From the NCBI GenBank assembly GCA_043814985.1, contig JBDRJK010000021.1, forward strand, positions 1 through 64,000: a stretch of DNA of 64,000 nucleotides. Direction: 5' to 3'. Position numbers and translations under genes: made by a program. Under the pieces are notes generated by a model. That model had not been told where the DNA came from. It searched no databases and saw only the letters and a list, made by a program, of their open reading frames with translations. Each line of letters opens with the position of its first letter. Within the stretch, counting starts at the first letter, position 1. This document shows positions 27,546 to 37,357 of this stretch, piece by piece. This stretch comes from Candidatus Aenigmatarchaeota archaeon (lineage in GTDB: Archaea; Aenigmatarchaeota; Aenigmatarchaeia; Aenigmatarchaeales; Aenigmatarchaeaceae).

Positions 27546-29627
27546 TTATCCCATGGGCTCCAATAAAGCTGCAATCGAGCTTCCGAACATTGCGTATGTT
27601 ACTGTCCAGCTTATGATATAGATTACTATTCCGAATAATAAAATCATCCATATGTTCTGCCTGACGCCAACAGGGTCATCCCCATATTTGACGCCATTCA
27701 GGAAGTATGATAAGAGGACAGCTGTCTCGATCATGTATATCCCTACAACCAGCTGGAAGAACGTTGGTGAAACTGGCATTTCACCTCCCATTGCCCAAGG
27801 TATCATGAAAACTGACTGTGCCGCGTTCATTCCTCCTGATGCTGAAGACATTATGCCCTGCATTGCTGCACCTAGGTTTGTCAGTATCTGGATTATTATC
27901 ACTGCCAGAGTAACTGTGACACCGGCTACCATTGGGGCAAGGAACATTGCCAGGAATTTCATGCTGGTTATTGTCTCGCCGAGAATCTCCTCTATTTCTT
28001 CCTTGACTTCATGAACGTCCTTGAGGTATCTTGAAATTATTACCATTGAATTGGAGGCAGTCTTGATGCTTTTTTTGGAAGACTGTATTACTGTCTGCAT
28101 TATTGAGTGGATTAATTTTGAGGGATAGTACCAGAGAGCTCCTACTTCCTTGTCAAACAGGGCTTCCTCGAAAGTGTAGCCGAACCTCTTCATGTTCAAG
28201 CTTACTATTTCGAACATGTCCGCTATTTTCATTTCTTTAAGGTTGGCCCTTGCCTTATCAATAGCAAGTTCCAGAGGCAAGCCTCCTGATAATGAGTTCC
28301 CCAGTTGGAACAGCGCTGTTGCGAACTCGTCCTCTATCTTTTCAATGTCCCTTCTTATCTTGATTTTCTGGTAGCTGTCCAAAAAGGTATATACTACAAT
28401 TATCAGTGCGATACCCAGTATCAGCAGCAAGGAAAAGTTAACTGAGATGTAAACTTCTGGGTCGCCCATGCCCATGACGCCTGTAAAGATGAAGGGTATT
28501 GATATTAAGATTGCTATTGGCAGAATAGGAATGAACCTGTTTCCCAAAGAAAACTTTCCCATGGGAGGCGTTCCCTTTGCCTTTGAGATGTCCGGGGGGG
28601 AGAATGTTGGTGGCTTGGATGATAGGATGTAATTAACAATAAAGTAAAGTGAGACAGGTAATAAAATGTCATAACCGAAGAAGACAAATGAAGGCTTGAC
28701 AACATCTGCTATGAATATCAAGATAATTGGAAACAAGATAAGGCCCATTACAGGTAGCAAAATACCCATTGCGTATATCAGCGTCATTGGCATTCTTAGG
28801 CCTGCTGCATAGTGCCTGGCCCTCTCCCTTGTACCGTTCAATATAACATTGATTGTTTCCTCGTAAACCATTTCCCTTCTTGCTTCCTCAACAATCGACC
28901 CTCTCAGAAGGTTAAGGGCCTCAGAGAATTCCTTGTTGTTGTCCTTCCACTTATTGATGTAGTCAATCAAGGCATAATCAGCAGAAGCGTACTTGCCTGT
29001 TTCAATGTCCCACAATAATTTTCTCAAATCCCAGGCCAGCGGACCCTCCAGATATTGGGAAGCAAACCTCACAGCACCCTCCAAGTTAGGTGAGGACCTC
29101 ATGTAAATGACCATGTAAAGGATTGCCAACACAGAGTCAGAGGACATTTTCATCTTCATTGATTTTGACATTGTGTCAGGATAATTGTAGAAATACCAGA
29201 AAACTACAAAAACAAGAATACCGCCGAACACAGAAAAAACTATGTCAGTCCCTATGATGATAAGGAGAATTAAAAGAGACAGGGAAATTAAAGTTGCTAA
29301 TAATGTTAAAGAGTAGGCTCCCTTTGGTGTTGCATTAATGTAACCTGCCCTTAGCGATGACATGAGTCTGGCTGATGTTTTATCGTCAGGCTTCATGGGA
29401 AGAATTCTTTCAGCACGAGAGCATGCCTTCTCGTATAATGTCACTGGCTTCTGTTCCAGCTCTTCTAGAAAGGTCAGATACTCTGTCGGATAGGGAAAGA
29501 ACTTCTCTCCTTTAGGCATCTGGATGTCTGTTGTCTTTAGAGCTCTCCTAATCTGTTGCCTTTTCAGTTCTCTTGCCTTTCTCTGAGCCTCTTCAATTTT
29601 CTTCTTATTTTTCTTTTCAAAAACCAT
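27546..29627 (-). CDS. type IV pilus platform protein (TadC/ArlJ, T2SS-F family)
   Basis: Two cytoplasmic T2SS-F-like repeats (SPNLEGAVRFA; LFQLGNSLSGGLPLE), multiple TM helices, adjacent to the ATPase. Confidence 0.88.
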   Translation of the reverse strand: MVFEKKNKKKIEEAQRKARELKRQQIRRALKTTDIQMPKGEKFFPYPTEYLTFLEELEQKPVTLYEKACSRAERILPMKPDDKTSARLMSSLRAGYINATPKGAYSLTLLATLISLSLLILLIIIGTDIVFSVFGGILVFVVFWYFYNYPDTMSKSMKMKMSSDSVLAILYMVIYMRSSPNLEGAVRFASQYLEGPLAWDLRKLLWDIETGKYASADYALIDYINKWKDNNKEFSEALNLLRGSIVEEARREMVYEETINVILNGTRERARHYAAGLRMPMTLIYAMGILLPVMGLILFPIILIFIADVVKPSFVFFGYDILLPVSLYFIVNYILSSKPPTFSPPDISKAKGTPPMGKFSLGNRFIPILPIAILISIPFIFTGVMGMGDPEVYISVNFSLLLILGIALIIVVYTFLDSYQKIKIRRDIEKIEDEFATALFQLGNSLSGGLPLELAIDKARANLKEMKIADMFEIVSLNMKRFGYTFEEALFDKEVGALWYYPSKLIHSIMQTVIQSSKKSIKTASNSMVIISRYLKDVHEVKEEIEEILGETITSMKFLAMFLAPMVAGVTVTLAVIIIQILTNLGAAMQGIMSSASGGMNAAQSVFMIPWAMGGEMPVSPTFFQLVVGIYMIETAVLLSYFLNGVKYGDDPVGVRQNIWMILLFGIVIYIISWTVTYAMFGSSIAALLEPMG

Positions 29628-31859
29628 TCAAACACTCGAATATTTTTTAAACCATTCCAGCCATTGCTTGAAAATCCTGTTGCTGTCAATAAAGCCCAAG
29701 TCCTCTCTTGAGCTTCCAGCTATCTTGTGGAACATCTGGTTGGCTTTAATGGTTGTTTCGGCCTCTAACAGGTCAGGCTTGTTTTTACTGTTTGCAATCC
29801 TGACTATTGTCTCAAGAATCTTTGACCTCAGGTTGATGTTGTCCCAGACTTGATCCCACCTTCCAGCCCATCCAGGAACCCTGTTGGAAATCTGGTTAAG
29901 GACATAGGACTCGCCGTTCAACAAGGTGTCTGTTGGCTTCAGTGTGTCCTCTGTGGAGTCATACTCCAAAAGATTGACAAAGCCTCCCTCGTCCACGGGG
30001 TCCTTTTTCCAGTGCTTCCTCACTTCAGTGACTTCAACCACTCTCCTGAATGTTCTCAGGCCGTCTGATGTTCTCAATTTATTGCAGATAACAATGAAGT
30101 CAACAGCCTTGAAGCTTGTAGGCGGAACTCCCAAGTCATTGACCAGCCTGTCATATACTCCGTAGGCAGACTCGCCGTGCACAGTTCCAGCAACAACATT
30201 AGCCATTGCGCCTATTCTCATGGCCTCGAATAGGGCCTTTGCCTCCATACTTCTGATCTCACCCAAAAACAAGCAGGAGTCACCCAACCTTAGAGAAGTT
30301 CTTATGACTTCCTCTGCAGGCAGTTCCAATTCAACCCTTGTTATAACTGATCTTGATTTGAGCCTTTCAATATTATATCCTAGATTCCTCAGTTGCTCGA
30401 CTGGAAGTTCCAACGTATCTTCTGAGGTGATAATCCTGTTATAAGGAAGTATCTGAAGCATCATGCTTCCCAACAAAGAAGTTTTTCCAGCGCCCCTTGT
30501 TCCTGCAACTAAAATAGTTCTTCCGTATGAAGCAACAAACCACATCAATCCTCCAAACAAAGAATTGAAGTATTTGTTATTCATGAACAATGGGAAGGTC
30601 CATGGTTTGAACCTGTGCCTTCTCAATGCAAAGCCTAATCCATCTGGAGATAGTCTTGGGTTGATAGCAGCAACCCTTGCAACGCCCCCCTGTATTAGCA
30701 ACTCTGTATCTAAAACAGGGTTTGCCTCATCCAAAGGCCTGCCTGATAATAGCTTGAAACGCGTTGCCCACCTGTCGCCGTCCTGCCTTGTTGGGACAAG
30801 GTTGGTCTCACACTCCTCATAATCTTGGTGATAAATAAAAACAGGAAGGTTTCCCATTGGTGAGTTGATGAAGATATCCTGTATCTTATCATCTTTCAAT
30901 AAGACCTCGATTATGCCTAAACCAGCAGTGTACCTTGTTAATATTTCTGCGAGCTTATCCAGCTGGCCCTCTTTGAAAGTCTTGCCAACCTCCTCTGCCA
31001 AATCTCTCAATAAGTCCAAGCTCAAGGTATGGAAGATTTCCCTCATTCTCTGCTGATCGCCTGTTTCCAGTTCCCTTGGCCTTCTCTCCTCCAGTACTCT
31101 TCTAGCTGCATCAAGAAGATTGTACTCGTCCTCGTCCAATTTAAACTCAGGGGGAACAGCATGGTAGATGTATCTGACTTTGTCAGGAACCTTGAATATC
31201 TCAACATCAGTGTCACCGACCTTATACCTTGCAACAGTCTCGCCTGGTGGCGGCTGGGCCATGAATTTGGTGTACATGAAGTTCGGTCTTATGGTAGGCT
31301 GGAAGAATTTCCTGTACAAAGTCCTGTCGCCAATATGATAGCCTGACAAGTAGGGTATTGACCTATCAATCAGCTCTGTCTTTTCCAAAAGTTCTTTCAA
31401 AGGTATCAGGGCATTCTCAAGATAGTGGCTTATGCACTTGTTGTACTCGTCAGAAACCATCTTAGTTTTCAAATGCCTTATCTCCCTTGTTAAATTAACA
31501 TAGCCTCCAATCGGATCTCCCCTTAACTGTAAAGTTACTAGGTCTCTTAACCATCCATACCATTGCGGCAAATATCTGGAGCACTCGCCGGTCGCAATGT
31601 TCCTCACTGACAATATTTTCTTCTCCTTTACAGCATGCGTTATTATCTGAGCAATCTCCTTGAGCATTTTAGTCTGCTCTAAATCATACTCGTACTCCCT
31701 TGTCTCTGCAATGATAATGCTGACAACTCTTTTTTCCTCTATGAGCTTCTCAACTATTCTTGCCATCACAACATCAGAATCCTCAACAGTAAAGCCGAAC
31801 ACTGAGCCTAAGCAGCTCATCCTCAGAACCCCATCTTTGACTTCTGTCTCAAAAACCAT
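29628..31859 (-). CDS. type IV pilus assembly ATPase (VirB11/TadA/ArlI family)
   Basis: Walker A GTRGAGKT, Asp box EDTLEL, Walker B-like LFLGEIR, His box TVHG. Confidence 0.93.
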   Translation of the reverse strand: MVFETEVKDGVLRMSCLGSVFGFTVEDSDVVMARIVEKLIEEKRVVSIIIAETREYEYDLEQTKMLKEIAQIITHAVKEKKILSVRNIATGECSRYLPQWYGWLRDLVTLQLRGDPIGGYVNLTREIRHLKTKMVSDEYNKCISHYLENALIPLKELLEKTELIDRSIPYLSGYHIGDRTLYRKFFQPTIRPNFMYTKFMAQPPPGETVARYKVGDTDVEIFKVPDKVRYIYHAVPPEFKLDEDEYNLLDAARRVLEERRPRELETGDQQRMREIFHTLSLDLLRDLAEEVGKTFKEGQLDKLAEILTRYTAGLGIIEVLLKDDKIQDIFINSPMGNLPVFIYHQDYEECETNLVPTRQDGDRWATRFKLLSGRPLDEANPVLDTELLIQGGVARVAAINPRLSPDGLGFALRRHRFKPWTFPLFMNNKYFNSLFGGLMWFVASYGRTILVAGTRGAGKTSLLGSMMLQILPYNRIITSEDTLELPVEQLRNLGYNIERLKSRSVITRVELELPAEEVIRTSLRLGDSCLFLGEIRSMEAKALFEAMRIGAMANVVAGTVHGESAYGVYDRLVNDLGVPPTSFKAVDFIVICNKLRTSDGLRTFRRVVEVTEVRKHWKKDPVDEGGFVNLLEYDSTEDTLKPTDTLLNGESYVLNQISNRVPGWAGRWDQVWDNINLRSKILETIVRIANSKNKPDLLEAETTIKANQMFHKIAGSSREDLGFIDSNRIFKQWLEWFKKYSSV

Positions 31860-31936
31860 AACAATACCTAACTTTAATATGAAAACTCAATAATTATATA
31901 TAAATGGTGATTTTAAAATAATAATATTGTGATTAG

Positions 31937-32311
31937 ATGGTAGAGAGAGATGTTCAGGCAATTCTTAATGAGCTCGTGAGGAGAGCAAACGAAACCTCCA
32001 GGAGGCTGAGAGCTTTGGAGGAGAGGGACTCCTTAATTGAGACCAGGGTTTCTTCTCTCCAGGACGAGGTATTGAAGATGAATGATGAGAAAAGGATTAT
32101 CCATGACAGGATAGGCGACAAACTGACTGAAATTGAAACTAATATATTGAGGATTGACAATGAATTAATAAGGATGAACAAGGCCGTTGAGAAGATGGCC
32201 AAGCGAACCGAGTTGAAAGAGCTGGAGAACATGATCGCGATTTTTAGCCCAATGAGGACAAACTTCACTACAAAGGAAGACGTGAAGAGAATTCTAAGAG
32301 AGATGAAATAA
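31937..32311 (+). CDS. coiled-coil hypothetical protein
   Basis: Heptad-rich 124 aa; divergent from the ATPase gene. Confidence 0.75.
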   Translation: MVERDVQAILNELVRRANETSRRLRALEERDSLIETRVSSLQDEVLKMNDEKRIIHDRIGDKLTEIETNILRIDNELIRMNKAVEKMAKRTELKELENMIAIFSPMRTNFTTKEDVKRILREMK

Positions 32312-33057
32312 TGTTTCTGTTGCCATTCCATAAAAAGAAAGAGGAAGTCACGAGAGTGTATGTCCCTGTTGACCTTGTGCTAAGCTACTCTTCACAGGGG
32401 CTTTCTGAGAACGAGATAAAGGATCGTTTGCATGCTCAAGGCTTTGATTCAGAATTGGTTGAGAAGGCATTAAGGATTGCATTAAAGGAAAAGGTAACTT
32501 CCCAACTTCCAGAGGTTGCGCCACCGCAGCAGCAGTTTCATGTTCCACATCCTCAACCAATGTCGCATACAATGGAAATATCAAGGCACCCCATGCCAAT
32601 GGGCTATCCGCCTGAGAGGGTTGTGTCGCCTGACGAGCCGAGACAGCTTCCAGCAGAGCAGGCTGCCCAACCATTCACCTTTGAACCAGAAGCAGCAAAA
32701 ATGGCTGAAAGCCCCATTGGTGAAATAACAATCGAAGAGATAATAGAAGGAGTGGTTAACGAGAGGTGGCAGGATTTTGAAGAAAGACTGGTTGACTTTG
32801 AGAAAAGGGACATGCTTTTGGAGGCTCAGATAGAGGACCTGAGAAAGAGGTCCAAGGAAATAGAGAACATACTAAGGGAAAAGGAAAAGGGCCTTGTTAG
32901 CAAGCTTGATGATTTCGGCGGTTCTGTGGAGAACATTGAGGGAAGGATCGGTTCAATAGAAAAGGTTTTCAAGGACTTCTTGCCAGAGCTGACCCAGAAC
33001 ATTAAAAATATGTCTGAACTTATTGATAATATAAAAGAAAAAGAAAAAGGTCACTGA
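32311..33057 (+). CDS. hypothetical protein with Pro-rich linker and C-terminal coiled coil
   Basis: Translationally coupled (TAATG); IEEIIEGVVNERW segment. Confidence 0.75.
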   Translation: MFLLPFHKKKEEVTRVYVPVDLVLSYSSQGLSENEIKDRLHAQGFDSELVEKALRIALKEKVTSQLPEVAPPQQQFHVPHPQPMSHTMEISRHPMPMGYPPERVVSPDEPRQLPAEQAAQPFTFEPEAAKMAESPIGEITIEEIIEGVVNERWQDFEERLVDFEKRDMLLEAQIEDLRKRSKEIENILREKEKGLVSKLDDFGGSVENIEGRIGSIEKVFKDFLPELTQNIKNMSELIDNIKEKEKGH

Positions 33058-33078
33058 ACTCAAAAGTCTTGTTTACTT

Positions 33079-33615
33079 CTACATCTTTCCAGATTCTGAA
33101 ACCATCCACAAGACTGCAACACCGATTACGATCAATACCCATGTTCCCATACCGATTGCAGGGAATGCAGTAATTCCAATCAAAGCGGGTCCGCCAGCTA
33201 CCACGAAAATTACAGCTGCTACAGCCATTACTGCCAATGTCATCAACCTTCCATGTATTTTAAATGGATGGTTTTCTACAGCCACATCCTTGCCTTCCTT
33301 GTTCTTCTCAATTCCTATGATTCTTATTTGTCCTATTTCTATTAAGGACAAAACGACTAGGAAGCCAATTGATGCTACTACTAAACCTGTAGACATTGTT
33401 GCTATAGCTGTTATAACTGCTGTAGGTACAGCCATTAACACGAACAAACCTGTTATGACTGACACTATAGCTGCTGGTGCTCTGCCTAATATCTTAAGCT
33501 TTGTCATTAGTTCAAAGACTATCGCGAAGGTCAAAACCCACAATAATATCTGCGGTAGTCCAAGACCTGCAACGTATGCTAAACCAGTTGTTAATCCGTC
33601 CATATTTTTCACCAA
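33079..33615 (-). CDS. multi-pass membrane protein (paralogue family)
   Basis: ILLWVLTFAIVFELM; about 5 TM helices. Confidence 0.75.
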   Translation of the reverse strand: MVKNMDGLTTGLAYVAGLGLPQILLWVLTFAIVFELMTKLKILGRAPAAIVSVITGLFVLMAVPTAVITAIATMSTGLVVASIGFLVVLSLIEIGQIRIIGIEKNKEGKDVAVENHPFKIHGRLMTLAVMAVAAVIFVVAGGPALIGITAFPAIGMGTWVLIVIGVAVLWMVSESGKM

Positions 33616-33625
33616 TTTTTTTTAT

Positions 33626-34195
33626 TTAATTTTTTCCTGTTTCCTTAACCATTATCCAAATACTTGCAACCATAATTATGAGGAAAAATACTATTGCTAT
33701 CAGAGGATCGGAAAGTGAAATTCCAATGTTAGGGATGTTCAGTATTTCCAAACCTCCAGCTCCTATGAATATCAATATCAAAAGCACCAATAATGCGGTT
33801 GCGAAAAACTTGGGATGCTTTGCGAACACATGCTCTCCGCCGATTTTTGTGCCTGTTATCTCCAAAAATATCATGGCAATTATCAGGCCGAATGCAACCA
33901 CTATTGACGATGTCATTAAAGTGCTTATGAAGCCAGCCGCCTGAGTTCCCGCAGCTGCTATTAAAACCATGAATGAAGCGACTATTGCTATCACGCCTCT
34001 GGTTGTTATTGACTTGGGCAATTCAATATGTGACAGTATTCCATATACGACTGCCAGGGTCAAAAGCCAAAGCAATACCAACTGGAAGCCAGCTGCCCTC
34101 ATGTTTATTATCAGGTCCTCTACTGGGTTTGCCAAGACTGGGCTTGCTAACAGCAAGATACCAACCAAACATGATGCAATTTTATTACCCTTCAT
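33626..34195 (-). CDS. multi-pass membrane protein (paralogue family)
   Basis: Re-started at MKGNKI; VLLWLLTLAVVYGIL; HPKF echoes HPFK in its neighbour. Confidence 0.75.
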   Translation of the reverse strand: MKGNKIASCLVGILLLASPVLANPVEDLIINMRAAGFQLVLLWLLTLAVVYGILSHIELPKSITTRGVIAIVASFMVLIAAAGTQAAGFISTLMTSSIVVAFGLIIAMIFLEITGTKIGGEHVFAKHPKFFATALLVLLILIFIGAGGLEILNIPNIGISLSDPLIAIVFFLIIMVASIWIMVKETGKN

Positions 34196-34256
34196 ATTTA
34201 CTACCTTATAGTAATATATTGTGTTGAGCCCCCATATAAAGCTATCGTTTTCATCT

Positions 34257-34766
34257 TCATACTTTTTTATGTTCTTCTTTCCCAGGTAATACCTCACGAC
34301 CGGCTTTAAAGGCCGCCCAAAATATGGCTAAAATGAATACTATTGCAAATAATATGATTAGGTTATTACCATTACCGATATAAGGCAGTGAGGGAATTAG
34401 GTCAGAGTATGTGAAACCTAGGGCCAGCATTAGAAACAGGACTGCTCCTGTTATGAGCATGCCGCTTTCTGATCTTGATTCTTTAGAAGGCCTTCTTAGG
34501 CCGAACATTTCCAGAATAAATGCTATGAAAAACATGACTATGAAAAAGGCTGTTATGTTCCCGAACTGGGCCCAAAGAAAGCCTACAAATGTTGCGTTGC
34601 CAACAGCGAAAAACGAGATTGCCAATGCAATAACGAAGTTAACGCCCCGGTTCTTGAATACCTTGGTTATTTCTAAAACTCCAAAAACAACTGCCATAAC
34701 AAAAAGAAAAGGAATTAGAAACTCACTCGACTGCAATGCTATCAGATCAATTGCCATACCTTTCAC
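34257..34766 (-). CDS. multi-pass membrane protein (paralogue family)
   Basis: LIPFLFVMAVVFGVLE..KVF.NR.VN.VIAL. Confidence 0.75.
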   Translation of the reverse strand: MKGMAIDLIALQSSEFLIPFLFVMAVVFGVLEITKVFKNRGVNFVIALAISFFAVGNATFVGFLWAQFGNITAFFIVMFFIAFILEMFGLRRPSKESRSESGMLITGAVLFLMLALGFTYSDLIPSLPYIGNGNNLIILFAIVFILAIFWAAFKAGREVLPGKEEHKKV

Positions 34767-35359
34767 TAAAGATTATCTTTTTCATGCTCCAATGCTTTTT
34801 TCTGAGCCTCTAAGTGTGCAATCGTCGTTCTTATGTATGAACTTGCCGTTGGATCAGCACTGCTAGCCTCCCTTCTGTAAGACCTTATCTGTTTATTTAA
34901 AAGGTCTATCTCTTTATCTATTGCCTTCTTCCTTTTGCCCTTTTCAGTTGCCTTGGTTGCCACGCCCTTTCCAATGTTGAACAGTTCTGGAACCTTTGAG
35001 GGATGTATGACTCTGCTCCATATGAAAAAGAAAAAACCAACTATCAATGCCAAATACCACCATCCTAATAAGAACGGTAACATAGTTCCATAATAACTGT
35101 AGGGCGTTCCCGTCAAAACAAGGGTTAAGTAAGCCCCAATTGCGAAGAGATATCTCATACCCTTATGCATAGGGGCAAGAACCCATGAAAGGCCATATAT
35201 GAAAAGGAATAATATGATGTGCGGAATAAAGAACAAGTTCAACAGCTGTTCTTGCGGTGTCATATATCTTGATATTGTCATAGGGTCGATTCTGAGTAAT
35301 TGATTAAAGATTAAATACAATATGTCAACTGTTGCCATATGAAGAATATAGAAAGTCAT
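34766..35359 (-). CDS. membrane protein with C-terminal coiled coil
   Basis: 3-4 TM helices followed by a charged helical tail. Confidence 0.7.
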   Translation of the reverse strand: MTFYILHMATVDILYLIFNQLLRIDPMTISRYMTPQEQLLNLFFIPHIILFLFIYGLSWVLAPMHKGMRYLFAIGAYLTLVLTGTPYSYYGTMLPFLLGWWYLALIVGFFFFIWSRVIHPSKVPELFNIGKGVATKATEKGKRKKAIDKEIDLLNKQIRSYRREASSADPTASSYIRTTIAHLEAQKKALEHEKDNL

Positions 35360-35395
35360 GTATATAAAAATTTCAAGATTAAGAATATTCCGTTA

Positions 35396-36280
35396 CTAAC
35401 GATCGTACATAATTCTTAGGCTGCGATCAGAATCTATTGGTTTTATTTTTACCTTTTTCTCTCTTCCCTTTCTTTTAGTAGTTTTACTGTTGTAGCTAGA
35501 TTTTCCTCTTAAATAAAAAAGAGGACCATCACTAATTATCACTTCGCCATTTTCTCCAGCCTCTGCGTATACATGTTTTAAAGCTTTTTCAAACCAATTG
35601 TCTTTAGCTTTTGATTTTCCTTTGTTTACGGTACTTATAGGGCCGTAAGATACATTTAATGGAATCTCCGTGTAATTGTCGTTATCAAAGGTAAAACTTT
35701 GACTTACAGCATAACTTGGTTGGCCTGGAACATTGTTTACATTAAATTCTCCACCATACATTATTTGGTGTTGATTTGATCCTTCGACATTTACGTTTAT
35801 TGGAGGTATTCCACCATTACCACCTGCTCCTCCTGGCCCGCCAATTCCACCTCCACCATCTGGGCTAACACCTGGTTTTGTTTTAGATAAACCTATCTTA
35901 AATAAGTCCCAGTCTACTTCTTTCAGTTGTTCATTTAATTCTTTGAATTCTTTTTCATTTTTTCTATTATCTATATAACCATCAGCAAATCCTAGTCCAA
36001 AAGAGAATGCTGTGATTACAGCAGATGCTGCATCCCAGTAAAAAGGATGCATGCCAGGAATAATGTTCATATACATGTCGAAAGGTGTTTGTGTCGGATT
36101 GGCATACTTATAATCCTGGCTTCTAACTTCGTTTGTAACAGTATTTTTGTAAGGTTGTCCGGCTCCTAAATTTTTTATATTACCAGCAGTTGTACCTCTA
36201 GAAGATTCATGAGAACCGGACCATATTTGAGGTGGAGCTTCTAATGTTATCATTTTTTTTGTTTCTTCCATTTTTATCAC
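35396..36280 (-). CDS. hypothetical protein with Gly-rich linker
   Basis: 294-aa ORF in AT-rich DNA. Confidence 0.6.
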   Translation of the reverse strand: MIKMEETKKMITLEAPPQIWSGSHESSRGTTAGNIKNLGAGQPYKNTVTNEVRSQDYKYANPTQTPFDMYMNIIPGMHPFYWDAASAVITAFSFGLGFADGYIDNRKNEKEFKELNEQLKEVDWDLFKIGLSKTKPGVSPDGGGGIGGPGGAGGNGGIPPINVNVEGSNQHQIMYGGEFNVNNVPGQPSYAVSQSFTFDNDNYTEIPLNVSYGPISTVNKGKSKAKDNWFEKALKHVYAEAGENGEVIISDGPLFYLRGKSSYNSKTTKRKGREKKVKIKPIDSDRSLRIMYDR

Positions 36281-36377
36281 TTTATTTGTCTTCCATTATT
36301 ATTGCTTTTATTAGATCATTCATTATTATCACTATATTTACTACCCAATAGTAAATATATTACAAAAGAATATAAAG

Positions 36378-36608
36378 CTATCGTTCTAGCTTGAAAACTT
36401 CAAGTTCCTCGCAAATCTCGAGGATGGCCCAAGCCCAGACAATGGCCTCAAAGCTCTTGACCTCGTTGTTTGCTTTAAGAAAATGTTTTGAATCAGAAAT
36501 ATAGGCTTTCATGTTGGTGAGCATTTCCTGTCCTTTGTCATCTTTGACTTTTATCATTTCAACCAAAGGCTCTATCTTTACAGTCATTTTCTCTATTTCT
36601 TCCTTCAT
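36378..36608 (-). CDS. DUF357 family protein
   Basis: AYISDSKHFL...SFEAIVWAWA; coupled to dph5, as is usual in archaea. Confidence 0.8.
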   Translation of the reverse strand: MKEEIEKMTVKIEPLVEMIKVKDDKGQEMLTNMKAYISDSKHFLKANNEVKSFEAIVWAWAILEICEELEVFKLER

Positions 36609-37324
36609 TGGAACAACTCCAGAAAGTCCTTTTCCCTGAAGTGCAGCCTCCCAGGAATCACTATGACTGCTGGCAAGTCTATTGACTTTGCCATAAGGTT
36701 CTTGACAGTGTCATAGAATACCTCAGACTCGCCACCAGCTCTTGAGAGAACAGCCAGATTGTCAAGGTTTTTCACCAATTTTGCCTTCAGGAGAAGTTTG
36801 AGGGCATCAGAAATTCTCAAATTGATGTTGACTACTCTGTCAATGTCCAATAACAAAAGAGTATGAAGCTTCAATTTCTTGTTTCCTTTAACAGTCTTCT
36901 TAACATTCTCCATTTTTCCTGACATGGGGATGGTCGCTATCTTGCCGAACTTGTACAATTGCAAGCCTATCTCACCAACAGCAGAGACAATAGAGGCATT
37001 GTGGATCACTTTGACAGGAATCTTCCTCAATTTAGCTTGGTAAACCAAGTCAATGTGAGTTGTGGCTGACAAAGGGTCGCCTGGAACAAAAATAGCAATG
37101 TCCTTTTCCTTGGCCTCCTCCACCAAAGCCTCAGAGTTCTCCTCCATGTCCTTTCTTTTCAGCAACTTGACGCTTTTTCCAATAACTTCTTCCAAACCTT
37201 CAACAGAACCCTGCCACACAGAAGTGTATAGTTCCGCGTAACAGTCACACTTCTTGGCAATCTCAACTGCTTTCAGCGACAAGTCCCTCTCGTCATTCAA
37301 TCCTAAACCAATCAGATACAGCAT
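36605..37324 (-). CDS. dph5: diphthine synthase
   Basis: MLYLIGLGL, ELYTS, GDPLSATTH, GLQLYKFG and HTLLLLDI motifs. Confidence 0.95.
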   Translation of the reverse strand: MLYLIGLGLNDERDLSLKAVEIAKKCDCYAELYTSVWQGSVEGLEEVIGKSVKLLKRKDMEENSEALVEEAKEKDIAIFVPGDPLSATTHIDLVYQAKLRKIPVKVIHNASIVSAVGEIGLQLYKFGKIATIPMSGKMENVKKTVKGNKKLKLHTLLLLDIDRVVNINLRISDALKLLLKAKLVKNLDNLAVLSRAGGESEVFYDTVKNLMAKSIDLPAVIVIPGRLHFREKDFLELFQ

Positions 37325-37357
37325 ATTTTTAATGTGGTCCAAAGAAATATATAAAAC

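Noticed and set aside
27546..31859. Archaellum (ArlI/ArlJ) operon
   Set aside because: No archaellin, ArlH, ArlF or ArlG was recognised, and the pilins lack the archaellin N-terminal consensus.
33626..34766. MKG starts at 34195 and 34766 as additional pilins
   Set aside because: Both are multi-pass membrane proteins without the single-helix pilin architecture.
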